A DNA stretch of 64,000 nt from Candidatus Latescibacterota bacterium (GTDB lineage: Bacteria; Latescibacterota; UBA2968; UBA8231), in the NCBI GenBank assembly GCA_965215195.1, contig CBDCDC010000002.1:3136001-3200000 (forward strand), read 5' to 3'. A program made the position numbers and the translations under genes. The notes under the pieces are model-generated. The model had not been told where the DNA came from and did no database searches. It worked only from the letters and a program-made list of their open reading frames with translations. Positions 1-9,091 of this stretch are shown piece after piece (positions within the stretch are counted from its first letter, which is position 1; each line of letters begins with the position of its first letter).

Positions 1-167
1 TGGGACTCGCCAAAAAATGTCGCGGCTTGACGTTGGGTCCATCCTCTAGTTTCGATGTACTTTCTCAGGTCGAGCATTAAATCAGCCCGGACTTTTAAGC
101 TCGCCGCTTCTTCCCGCTCAAAACCAATATCCTCAAATACGTTATCGCTGCCTCGGGTCACTTCCAT
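1..167 (-). CDS. higA: XRE/HTH antitoxin, HigA-like (partial, runs off the window start)
   Basis: Manual translation MEVTRGSDNVFEDIGFEREEAASLKVRADLMLDLRKYIETRGWTQRQAATFFGES..; AGGAGG RBS at 175-180; directly downstream of a RelE-type toxin. Confidence 0.85.
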   Translation of the reverse strand, partial: MEVTRGSDNVFEDIGFEREEAASLKVRADLMLDLRKYIETRGWTQRQAATFFGES

Positions 168-182
168 AGCGTAGCCTCCTTA

Positions 183-515
183 TCATCCTTGCCTATGTTT
201 TAGCAGCATTCGGTATCGTTGCTGGCCAAGTTGAATATCTTGCCTCGATGTGCGCTGCGTTTTTTTTTGGAAAGCATGCAAGACGTAGATGTCTTCTGCA
301 AATTTGGCGACGTAGAAGATGCGATAAGCATTGCCTATATTGATGCGAATCTCCATGACGCCTGGGCCAATTGAGGGCATAGGTTTACAATCGGTCGGCG
401 TTTCTCCCCGCTGCAAGGCTTGCAGTTCAAGACCTGCTTTACGGCGGGCCGATGTGGGGAAATTGCGTAGATCCTCTCTTGCAGACGCGACCCAAGAAAT
501 AGACTTGTTTAACAT
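183..515 (-). CDS. higB: RelE/ParE-family (HigB, Gp49-like) toxin
   Basis: MLNKSISWVASAREDLRNFP...GVMEIRI...YRIFYVAKFAEDIYVLHAFQKKTQRT, a typical HigB/Gp49 signature; toxin-first order. Confidence 0.85.
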   Translation of the reverse strand: MLNKSISWVASAREDLRNFPTSARRKAGLELQALQRGETPTDCKPMPSIGPGVMEIRINIGNAYRIFYVAKFAEDIYVLHAFQKKTQRTSRQDIQLGQQRYRMLLKHRQG

Positions 516-601
516 ACACTTAATATACCTAATTCGGCATAAAAGCAACTGCACTAGTTGCAGTACATCTATTTTGCCTAAGGGATAAGACTCGGGTTTT
601 C

Positions 602-881
602 CTAGACCAGCAGCCGGTTGAGCAGGGCGTATCGCCGTCGCATCCTGCCCTTTGCCGAGGCCCTCGCCGGGCGCATCGGTCTCGTCCACCTGCGCGACCA
701 GCGGGGCGAAAAGCCCGTGCCCTTCGGGGAAGGCGAACTGCCCTTTGCGGAGTTGTTTAGACTGTTAGCGGATAGCGGGTACGACGGCCCCCTCGTCGTC
801 GAGCTCGAGGGCGTCAATTGGGACGAGCCGCTCCCGGCGGCCATTGCCGTGCGCCAATACGTCGAGGCCCTTCCCGGCTGA
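602..881 (+). pseudogene. C-terminal fragment of a sugar-phosphate isomerase/epimerase (xylose-isomerase-like TIM barrel)
   Basis: VHLRD...PFGEGELPFAELFRLLADSGYDGPLVVELE matches the AP-endonuclease-2/TIM C-terminus; no N-terminal two-thirds or RBS. Confidence 0.65.
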
Positions 882-909
882 GTTGGGACGCAGCACCTCG
901 TAGAACTAG

Positions 910-3108
910 CTACCGCAGCAGGGTGAGCTTGCGCGTCAAGACCGCCTCGTCCGTCACCAGTTGATACAGGTACGCGCCGCTGGCTACCGGGTGCCCGGCG
1001 GCGTCCCGACCGTCCCAGTGGAGCCGATGGTAGCCGGCCTGCTGCAGCCCTTGGTGCAAGACCGCCACCCGTTGCCCGCTCAATGCGAATACTTCTAAAC
1101 GCACCCGGCCCGGTTCCAGCAGGAAGTACGAAAGAATCGTCTCGCTGTTGAACGGATTGGGCGTGTTTGGCAGCAATTGGGTGCGGTCGGGCAGGGCTGC
1201 CAGCTTGCCACTGCCAAAAAAATCGTCGAAGCCAGCGAAGTTCGACTCTTGCCCGATGGCGGTAAAGGTCACCGGCTCAAGACCGGCGATAGTGGCCTCA
1301 ACGGTATTCGTCCCCGGATCGGAGCCTAGCCTCAGCACGTTTCTGGCTCGTCCGCTAGCATCGGTGGTGGCCGTTTCTGCCGACATCGTCCCGCCGCCGG
1401 CAGTGACCGAAAACGCGACGACTGCCCTCGCAATCGCCTCGTCGTCTTCATCCAACACTAAAACCACAAACGGCGCGCTTAGTTGTGCGCCGGCCAGCCC
1501 TTCTTGTCCATCGCCGGAGACCTTCGTCAGGCTGTGGGGAATTTGCACGACGGCGGCAGCAGTAAAAGTCACTACTTCAATTCCATCAACGGTGGCTTCA
1601 ACGGTGTTCGGCCCCGGATAGCTGCCCAGCGTCAGCTTGGTAGCGGCGCGGCCATTGACATCGGTCGTGGCGGTGGCCGCCGAGAGCGTCCCCCCGCCGG
1701 CAGTGACTGCAAAAGTGACGACCGCCCCGGCAAAAGCCAACCCGTCTTCATCCAACACCGAAACCACAAACGGCGCGGCCAATTGCTCACCGGCTGGTCC
1801 TTGCTGCTCATCGCCAGAGACCTTCGTCAGGCTGTGGGGAATTTGCACGACAGCGCTAGCAGTAAAAGTCACGGGTTCAAGACTATCAACGGTGGCTTCA
1901 ACGGTGTTCGGCCCCGGATCGCTGCCCAGCGTCAGTGTGGTAGCGGCGTGGCCGTTGACATCGGTCGTGGCGGTGGCCGCCGAGAGCGTCCCCCCGCCAG
2001 CGGTGACTGCAAAGGTGACGACCGCCCCGGCAAAAGCCAACCCGTCTTCATCCAACACCGAAACCACAAACGGCGCGGCTAGTTGCTCACCGATCGGTCC
2101 CCGTTGACCATCGCCTATTTTCACTAGGCTCTGAGGACGGGGTGGCACCCACTCAGATGTGTCCCATAACTTGATCGTGCCATCAATTGACCCGGAAGCG
2201 AGCATGGCCCCGTCGGGCGAAAACGCCACAGGATAGACAAAAGGCTCATGCTTGAAGGTGGCGATACTTTCTTTGCTTAAAACGTTCCAAAGTTTGACGC
2301 TGTTACTGCCGGAAGCGAGCGTGGCCCCATCGGGCGAAAACGCCACAGGCCAAAACCCATCCTCAGGACCAAGGATGGCAATAGTTTGTCTCGTCGCAAC
2401 GTCCCACAGCCTGGCCGTGCCATCAATTGACCCGGAAGCGAGCGTGGCCCCGTCGGGCGAAAACGCCACGGACCAGACGTGATTTAGATGCCCCTCAAGG
2501 GTGGCGATATTCCTTCCGGTCTCTACATCCCACAGCTTGACCGTGCTGTCCTGTGCCCCGGAAGCGAGCGTGGCCCCGTCGGGCGAAAACGCCACCGATT
2601 GGACCGTACCCGTATGGTCTGGAAGGATAGCCGTGTTGGCCCCGGTCGCAACGTCCCACAGCTTGAGCCCAGCAAAGAAATCCATAGAAGCAAGCATCGC
2701 ACCATCGGGCGAAAACGCCACAGCTCCATTTCCTCTAAGGGTGGCGGTATTTTCGCCGGTCGCAACGTCCCACAGCTCAATCCCCCTACTCGACCCGTAA
2801 GCGAGGGTCGCGCCATCGGGTGAGAACGCGACCGAGACGAAAAAGTTCGAAGCCCCACCCTCGGAGAAGGTGGCAACATTCCTTCTCGTCCCTACGTCCC
2901 ACAGCTTGACCGGGCCGTCCGATGAAACGGAAGCGAGCGTTGCTCCGTCGGGCGAAAACGCCATCGAGAGGATCCAATTCGCATGCCCCTTAAAGGTGGC
3001 GATATGGTGTGGCGAAGCTGGCGCTGACGACGCATGTACGACCACCAGTGGCAAGAAAGCGAGGCCGATTAGCGCGAAACGGGCGGAGTGAAAAACCGGG
3101 GTTTTCAT
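910..3108 (-). CDS. Secreted WD40 beta-propeller + three Ig-like (Big_1-like) repeats + C-terminal FlgD-Ig/sorting domain
   Basis: Signal peptide MKTPVFHSARFALIGLAFL; seven VAFSPDGATLASGS..VKLWD-type repeats; three ~100-aa GDEQQG..V.VLD..G....GAVVTF repeats; C-terminal PNPFNSET..WDGRDAAGHPVASGAYLYQL; AGGAG RBS. Confidence 0.9.
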   Translation of the reverse strand: MKTPVFHSARFALIGLAFLPLVVVHASSAPASPHHIATFKGHANWILSMAFSPDGATLASVSSDGPVKLWDVGTRRNVATFSEGGASNFFVSVAFSPDGATLAYGSSRGIELWDVATGENTATLRGNGAVAFSPDGAMLASMDFFAGLKLWDVATGANTAILPDHTGTVQSVAFSPDGATLASGAQDSTVKLWDVETGRNIATLEGHLNHVWSVAFSPDGATLASGSIDGTARLWDVATRQTIAILGPEDGFWPVAFSPDGATLASGSNSVKLWNVLSKESIATFKHEPFVYPVAFSPDGAMLASGSIDGTIKLWDTSEWVPPRPQSLVKIGDGQRGPIGEQLAAPFVVSVLDEDGLAFAGAVVTFAVTAGGGTLSAATATTDVNGHAATTLTLGSDPGPNTVEATVDSLEPVTFTASAVVQIPHSLTKVSGDEQQGPAGEQLAAPFVVSVLDEDGLAFAGAVVTFAVTAGGGTLSAATATTDVNGRAATKLTLGSYPGPNTVEATVDGIEVVTFTAAAVVQIPHSLTKVSGDGQEGLAGAQLSAPFVVLVLDEDDEAIARAVVAFSVTAGGGTMSAETATTDASGRARNVLRLGSDPGTNTVEATIAGLEPVTFTAIGQESNFAGFDDFFGSGKLAALPDRTQLLPNTPNPFNSETILSYFLLEPGRVRLEVFALSGQRVAVLHQGLQQAGYHRLHWDGRDAAGHPVASGAYLYQLVTDEAVLTRKLTLLR
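1260..2110. repeat. Intragenic tandem repeat with 300-bp period (three Ig-like units)
   Basis: gagaccttcgtcaggctgtggggaatttgcacgac at ~1517 and ~1817; gtcttcatccaacac at 1444, 1744 and 2044. Confidence 0.9.
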
Positions 3109-3291
3109 TGGGTTCAGACTCCTGTGTGTTCGGTTTGCGTCCACGTCGGACGTGGCCGGACCGTATTCTGCTCTAGCGCTGCGGAAAGCTCGTACAAGGG
3201 CAAGGCACTGTCAAGAAAGCATTCGCACAGTTTGCCCCAGCCTATACCACCTCATACATTCCCCGCCTAGACCCCCACCGAGGAGCCTACC

Positions 3292-5178
3292 ATGAAACGC
3301 ATCACCGCCACCGACTTCCGCGACTATCGCCGCGACCGCTTCATCGACGCCCAAACCACCCCGGCCGCCCGCCTCGCCCCCACCTATCTGCTCACCAACG
3401 AAATGGGCGTTGACGGCGATATCTGCGAGGAACTCACCCCGGCCTCTTGTGCAAAGGTCGAATTCAACATCCCCTCGGCCAAGACCAAAGGGGCCGAGTT
3501 GCTTTTCTACGTCAACGCCGACCAAACCACCGCCGACAAACCCATGCGGCTCCAAGTCAACGGCCACGTCCTCACGCACCGCCAAGACCGCCAGCGCATG
3601 CTCACCGGCGGTTGGGACCGCAAGAAAATCGCCGCCAAATACCTCAAAAACGGCACCAATGAATTCGTCTTCTCGCACAGCGGCGTGTTGCACATTGACC
3701 CCTTCCCGGGCGGTCTGGCCGACGCGCCCCCAAGCCATTCGAGCCGCAGCTTTGACGGCGGCAAGACTTGGCACCAAGGTGCCCTCGGCGAGGCCCGCGC
3801 CATGGACGGCGAGTACCTAGTGCGGCTGCGCCTCAAGGGGCATCCGCCCCAAGGGACGCTCTGCTCGCCGGTCATTGACCTCGCCGACGAAGACGGCCGC
3901 GGCCGCATCGCCCCTCGGCTGGGGATTCGCCGCCTACACCTAAAAGCGCGGATGCGCCAGCCGCAGGGGACCCAGATACACTTTGAACTGCGCACGGGTT
4001 CGACGCCTTCCTTTGACCCGCGCACTTGGACAGCTTGGGAACGATGCACGGCCTTGCAGTGGCCCGAGCGCTTTGTGCAGTGGCGCGCCATCCTTGAAAC
4101 CGACTCGGCCAACAAGACCCCGACGCTTCAGGCCGTCACCCTCCAAGCCGACATTGAGGAAGACGCCCAGAGCCTCGCTCCCTTCAAGCGGGCAGAACTT
4201 GACCAACCCCAACTCGTGTACAGCTCGTACCCCTTCGCCTATATGGGGCTGCACCCGCACCAAGAGCGGCTGCGCAAACAGTACCGCCTCGACGAGGTCA
4301 TCGCCGCCGGCAAAACCGAACTCGAACAGCTAGCGCTCTTGCGCGACTGGGTCCACAGCCAGTGGCTGGGCTGGCAATCCGACAAATATCCCCACTGCCC
4401 CTCTTGGAATCCGCTCGAAGTCCTCGACACCACCAAGGGAGACTGGGGCTTTGGCATGTGTACCCACTACGGAGCGGTGTTCGCCGGCTGTGCCTCGGCC
4501 TTGGGGTGGGTGGCCCGCTCAATCGTCGTCGATCACCATTGCTTGGCCGAGGTCTGGTGCGAAGAGTTGCAAAAGTGGATCCTCGAAGACGCCGGGCCGA
4601 CCCGCGAATTCGACGCCACCTACGAAATCGACGGCGTACCCATCAGCGCCTTGGAGCTGCACGAGGCCGCCGCGGACGAGCGGCGCGAAACGATCATGGC
4701 CAACAAGCTGCCGCAAAAAGTCGTCGAGCCCATGTCCAGCTACATCGACGTCTTCTGCCGCTTTGGCATTCCGCTGCGCAACACGCACCTGATCTTTGCC
4801 GAGCCGGCCGAGCTGCGCCACGGTGCCGGGCAGTACCACTGGGATGGCTATCTGTGGTGGTCGGACGACGTCGATCCCCGCTACGCCGAATACTCCTTGC
4901 AGACCTCCCGCCCCGGGGATTTCTACTGGTCGGTCAACCAGACGCGGCTCTACCTCCAAGTGGCGGAAAAGGCGCGTACTCTGCAAGTCGATCTAGAGCA
5001 CACCGCGCCCAACTTCTCGCACTTCTTGGTGCGCCAAGACGGCGGCCCATGGCGCGAGGAGCGCGAGGCCCGCTTTGAGTGGACGCTCGCCGCGGGCGAA
5101 AACCTACTCGAAGCGCGGGCGGTCAATGTCTTCGGCAAGAAGGGCCGCATCGCCAAAGCATGCGTCGAAGCGTCGTAA
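3292..5178 (+). CDS. Transglutaminase-like (Cys-His-Asp) domain protein
   Basis: GMCTHYGAVF..ALGWVAR..DHHCLAEVW..QKWILED fits the transglutaminase-like triad; GAGGAG RBS. Confidence 0.75.
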   Translation: MKRITATDFRDYRRDRFIDAQTTPAARLAPTYLLTNEMGVDGDICEELTPASCAKVEFNIPSAKTKGAELLFYVNADQTTADKPMRLQVNGHVLTHRQDRQRMLTGGWDRKKIAAKYLKNGTNEFVFSHSGVLHIDPFPGGLADAPPSHSSRSFDGGKTWHQGALGEARAMDGEYLVRLRLKGHPPQGTLCSPVIDLADEDGRGRIAPRLGIRRLHLKARMRQPQGTQIHFELRTGSTPSFDPRTWTAWERCTALQWPERFVQWRAILETDSANKTPTLQAVTLQADIEEDAQSLAPFKRAELDQPQLVYSSYPFAYMGLHPHQERLRKQYRLDEVIAAGKTELEQLALLRDWVHSQWLGWQSDKYPHCPSWNPLEVLDTTKGDWGFGMCTHYGAVFAGCASALGWVARSIVVDHHCLAEVWCEELQKWILEDAGPTREFDATYEIDGVPISALELHEAAADERRETIMANKLPQKVVEPMSSYIDVFCRFGIPLRNTHLIFAEPAELRHGAGQYHWDGYLWWSDDVDPRYAEYSLQTSRPGDFYWSVNQTRLYLQVAEKARTLQVDLEHTAPNFSHFLVRQDGGPWREEREARFEWTLAAGENLLEARAVNVFGKKGRIAKACVEAS

Positions 5179-5191
5179 AATCACTTAGCCT

Positions 5192-6631
5192 GTGAGCGCC
5201 TCGCTCTCCCTTGCCACGCGCGCCCTGCGCGGTTTCCTCTGGAATGGCAGTGCTTCCCTCATCCAGATCGGCGTCATGCTGGCGCTTTACGCGCTCTTGC
5301 CGCTCGGCGACTTGGGCCGTTTTGAGTGGGCACTAGCCCTAGTGATGCTCCTATCGCTGGTCGGCGACTTGGGTCTGGGCGCAGCCCTAATCCAGCTACC
5401 GGACGCGGGCGAGGAACACTTTGACGCGGCCTTTTGGACTTGTTTGAGCTGGGGACTGCTGCTCACGGCCGCGGTCGTGGCCGCGTCTTCTTGGCTGGCC
5501 TCTTTTTTGGGGGGCGAAGACCCGCACACCTTCGGCCGCGTCCTGCGCACGTTCTGTCTGGCGATCCCCTTTGCCTCATTGGCGGGCCTGTTGCGGGCCA
5601 GACTACAGCGCGACCTCAACTTCCGCGCCGTGGCCCTTTCCGAGCTCGTTTCGGTCCTGACCTTCGGCCTCGCGGTGACATTCCTGCTTTTCTGGCGCCC
5701 GGACTTGGGCGTCTTGGTCCCGGTCGTCGGCTCAGTCGTGCGCGAACTAGGTCTTTTCAGCAGCCTCGCGCTTTCGTCCCGCTGGCTTCCGCGCCTGCGC
5801 TTCCGGCCCCAAGCGCTGCGCCAGATTCTTGGCTTCGCGCTGAATTTTACGGGTTCGCGTGCGGTCGCCTTTCTCAATGCCAAGATCGCTTATGTCTTCA
5901 TCTTCGTACCGCTGGGGGCCACCGCCCAAGCCTATTACAGTTTGGCCGAGCGATTGACCTTGCAGCCTTTGACCCGGCTGGCCACAACCATCCAGCGCAT
6001 CTCCTTCCCAACCTTTTCGGCGATTGTAGAAGACGACTCGCTTCTGCGCCGCGGCTATTTGTCCTCGGTACAGGGCTTCGTGCTGGCGCTGGGTCCGGCC
6101 CTCGCGGGGATATTCGTCTTCGCGCCGGAGATTGCCGCCTTGGTCAACACCGAGCCGATGTGGATGGTGCTTCGCCTGTTGGCCGCAGCCACGCTTTTGA
6201 AAGTAGCTGGCTCCTTGGTCGGCTCAATTTTCATGGCCAAAGGCAAGGCCAACTGGTCTTTCTATTGGTCGCTCTTTAGCATGGGGGTGCTGATCCCGGC
6301 ACTGTACTTCTATGGCCTGCCGCACGGCGTCGAAGGCGTGGCCAGCGTCATCGCCGCGGCCGCTTTGCTGTTCCTGCTGCTTTCGCAGCATCTCGTCAAC
6401 CGCTTGATTGACCTGCCTTTTGCAACCTATCTCGCCGCGCTCAGCCGTCCCGGTTTGGTGGTTGCCTTCGTCTTCGTCGTCCTCCTGCTCGGCCGCTCCT
6501 TATTGTCGGGACCACCACTTGCCGTTCTCGCCGTCGGTGCGGCCCTCGGTGTCGGCGCGGCCTCAGCGGCCCTTTTCCTCTTCGCCCGTGCCCTCTGCCG
6601 CACCTATTGGCAGAGCCTGCGCGGGCATTGA
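5192..6631 (+). CDS. Oligosaccharide flippase (Wzx/PST, MOP superfamily)
   Basis: Many TM segments; DLGLGAALIQ, LQRDLNFR, ISFPTFS motifs. Confidence 0.85.
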   Translation: MSASLSLATRALRGFLWNGSASLIQIGVMLALYALLPLGDLGRFEWALALVMLLSLVGDLGLGAALIQLPDAGEEHFDAAFWTCLSWGLLLTAAVVAASSWLASFLGGEDPHTFGRVLRTFCLAIPFASLAGLLRARLQRDLNFRAVALSELVSVLTFGLAVTFLLFWRPDLGVLVPVVGSVVRELGLFSSLALSSRWLPRLRFRPQALRQILGFALNFTGSRAVAFLNAKIAYVFIFVPLGATAQAYYSLAERLTLQPLTRLATTIQRISFPTFSAIVEDDSLLRRGYLSSVQGFVLALGPALAGIFVFAPEIAALVNTEPMWMVLRLLAAATLLKVAGSLVGSIFMAKGKANWSFYWSLFSMGVLIPALYFYGLPHGVEGVASVIAAAALLFLLLSQHLVNRLIDLPFATYLAALSRPGLVVAFVFVVLLLGRSLLSGPPLAVLAVGAALGVGAASAALFLFARALCRTYWQSLRGH

Positions 6632-6708
6632 TTCGGCCCTAGCGAAAATTGCGTGGGGGGCTGTTTTGGAATATGTTTTTAAGGAACTGCTCTAAAGGAG
6701 ATTGCGCT

Positions 6709-7608
6709 ATGAGCGAGATACAAAACGGCCAGAGTGGCACCCTGCGCCTCAAGACTGGCCTCGCCGAAATGCTCAAGGGCGGGGTCATCATGGACGTCGT
6801 CACCGCCGACCAAGCCAAGATCGCCGAAGACGCCGGGGCCGCCTCGGTCATGGCGCTGGAAAGAGTGCCCGCCGACATCCGCGCTGAAGGCGGGGTGTCG
6901 CGCATGTCGAGCGTCGAGAAGCTGCGCCAGATCATGGAGGCGGTCTCCATTCCGGTCATGGCCAAATGCCGCATCGGGCACTTTGCCGAAGCGCAGATGC
7001 TGCAAGCCCTCGGGATTGACTACATCGACGAAAGCGAGGTCCTGACCCCAGCCGACGAGCACTATCACGTCGATAAATTCGCCTTTGAGGTGCCCTTTGT
7101 CTGCGGCTGCCGCAACCTCGGCGAGGCCCTGCGGCGGATTGGCGAGGGCGCGGCCATGATCCGCACCAAGGGCGAGGCTGGCTCGGGCAACATCGTCGAG
7201 GCCGTGCGCCACATGCGCTCGGTCACCGACGAGATCCGCCGGCTGACCATCTTGCGTCCCGAGCAGCTAATGACCGCGGCCAAAGACCTAGGCGCACCGT
7301 ATGAACTGGTCTGCTGGATCGCCGAGCACGGCAAGCTGCCGGTGCCCAATTTTGCCGCCGGCGGCGTGGCCACGCCAGCCGATGCCTCCCTGATGATGCA
7401 GCTCGGGGCCGAGGCCATTTTCGTCGGCTCTGGGATTTTTAAGTCCGGCGATCCGGCCAACCGCGCCAAAGCCATCGTCGAGGCCACCACCCACTACGAC
7501 GACCCAGAGGTCCTAATCCGCGTCTCTGAAAACCTCGGCGAGGCTATGGTCGGCATCAACATCGACACCCTCGAAGAGAAGGACAAACTACAAACCCGCG
7601 GCTGGTAG
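6709..7608 (+). CDS. pdxS: Pyridoxal 5'-phosphate synthase lyase subunit
   Basis: [50 protein letters not shown]-terminal RGW; AAAGGAG RBS. Confidence 0.98.
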   Translation: MSEIQNGQSGTLRLKTGLAEMLKGGVIMDVVTADQAKIAEDAGAASVMALERVPADIRAEGGVSRMSSVEKLRQIMEAVSIPVMAKCRIGHFAEAQMLQALGIDYIDESEVLTPADEHYHVDKFAFEVPFVCGCRNLGEALRRIGEGAAMIRTKGEAGSGNIVEAVRHMRSVTDEIRRLTILRPEQLMTAAKDLGAPYELVCWIAEHGKLPVPNFAAGGVATPADASLMMQLGAEAIFVGSGIFKSGDPANRAKAIVEATTHYDDPEVLIRVSENLGEAMVGINIDTLEEKDKLQTRGW

Positions 7609-7634
7609 GACGCCGCACCGATGCAAACGGAAAA

Positions 7635-7670
7635 TGCCCCGTCTCTGCTGTGTCAGGGACGGGGCAATTT
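7635..7670 (+). terminator. Intergenic stem-loop between pdxS and pdxT (terminator- or stabiliser-like)
   Basis: GCCCCGTCTCTG-ctgtgt-CAGGGACGGGGC followed by AATTTT. Confidence 0.5.
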
Positions 7671-7682
7671 TATGGTAAAGCG

Positions 7683-8249
7683 ATGATTGGAATTTTGGGA
7701 TTGCAGGGTGACTACGCAGCCCACGGCAAAATGCTCGACGCCTTGGCGGTCGAATCCCGCGTGGTCAAAAAGCCGGCGCAATTGTCTGCGGTTGACGGCC
7801 TGATCTTTCCCGGCGGCGAGAGCACGACGCTCATCAAGCTCATGGACTCTTGGGCTTTCTGGGCACCGCTGAGGGACTTTGCCGCGGCCGGCAACCCCAT
7901 CTTTGGCACCTGCGCCGGGATGATCCTATTGGCCAAAGGCGTCTCCAACCCGCCGCAGAAGTCCCTCGGCCTGATCGATATCGACGTCGAGCGCAACAGC
8001 TATGGCCGCCAAGTCGATAGCTTTGAGGGGACGGGCGGATGGGCGGCGGATGGGCAATCGCGAGCATTGCCGATGATCTTTATCCGCGCACCCCGCATCG
8101 CGCGGTTGGGCGACGGGGTCGCGGCACTGGCCACGTGCGGCGACGATGTGGTTGTGGCGCGCCAAGGCCAAGTGCTCGTCGCCTCGTTCCATCCCGAACT
8201 GACCAGCGACTTGAGCCTACATCGCTACTTTGTCGCTATGGTTGGATAA
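7683..8249 (+). CDS. pdxT: PLP synthase glutaminase subunit
   Basis: GILGLQGD, PGGESTT, FGTCAGMILL, RNSYGRQVDSFE, FIRAP, SFHPEL. Confidence 0.97.
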   Translation: MIGILGLQGDYAAHGKMLDALAVESRVVKKPAQLSAVDGLIFPGGESTTLIKLMDSWAFWAPLRDFAAAGNPIFGTCAGMILLAKGVSNPPQKSLGLIDIDVERNSYGRQVDSFEGTGGWAADGQSRALPMIFIRAPRIARLGDGVAALATCGDDVVVARQGQVLVASFHPELTSDLSLHRYFVAMVG

Positions 8250-8255
8250 TAATAA

Positions 8256-8328
8256 CTGATGTTACGCAGTCGTTCTCGGTGGTGTCATTCCCGCTTGCAC
8301 AGGCATGACAAACGCTGCGTAACATCAG
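8256..8328. mobile_element. 73-bp MITE-like palindromic element
   Basis: Perfect 14-bp inverted ends CTGATGTTACGCAG / CTGCGTAACATCAG; TAA on both flanks; internal GTCATTCCCGCTTGCACAGGCATGAC hairpin. Confidence 0.6.
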
Positions 8329-8345
8329 TAAGAAATTGCTCTGGA

Positions 8346-8849
8346 TTAGTCGAAATTCTCAACTGGCTCCAGCTTGGCGGTTACTGACTCTTGCTCTCCA
8401 GCCTCGTCTGAGAAAGTTAGGATTGCGTAGATGGCTGTCGTCCCATCCTGAGCGGTGGATTCTTGGAGGGATACGTTTATCGTGGTCGATTCAAACTTGA
8501 ACATCGCTCCCGTGAAGAAGTCAATGGCCCAACTCGGTAAGCTGAGTAGGTTCAGGAATGTTACCTTGCTGACGCCTCCCTTTACGATGCCTACGGTCTT
8601 GGTCTCGTATCCTTCTAGGCTGATGGTTACGGCGTAGTCCTTGCCCTTGCGTAGCTTGGCAGTCATGGGAGTGTGGCCTTCGTCGACCAATACGCCCTTG
8701 TGCTTGATCTCGACTTTGGCATTGCCTGGGTACGAGTTTACACTCACTTCGTCGGATGTGCCCGTAAAGACTGTGGCACATCCTGATGCTGCTATGAGGA
8801 TGTATGTCGCTAAGAATCGGGATGCGTGAGCGATGCGTCTGCGTGTCAT
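8346..8849 (-). CDS. PEGA-domain lipoprotein
   Basis: Lipobox-like AASGC followed by ATVFTG; VNSYPGNAKV..GHTPMTAKLRKGKDYAVTISLEGYET. Confidence 0.75.
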   Translation of the reverse strand: MTRRRIAHASRFLATYILIAASGCATVFTGTSDEVSVNSYPGNAKVEIKHKGVLVDEGHTPMTAKLRKGKDYAVTISLEGYETKTVGIVKGGVSKVTFLNLLSLPSWAIDFFTGAMFKFESTTINVSLQESTAQDGTTAIYAILTFSDEAGEQESVTAKLEPVENFD

Positions 8850-9091
8850 AGGTTCTCTCCTATGGATTATGTGAGCAATTAGGCGACCCTAGGGTGCCGG
8901 GTAGTTGCTCACAATCACGCAGACTAGTGCGGGAAGGTTCCTGCCTATTCGCCAAATCAAGGAGCGACCTTGATTTTTTTCTCGGCTATTGTATTCAACA
9001 GGCCACCCGACGCAGGGCGGTCTGCTATGATTGTGAGCGACGGTAAAGATATAACTTCTAAAGAAAATGACAAGCCCTTGAGGAGTGCTCC

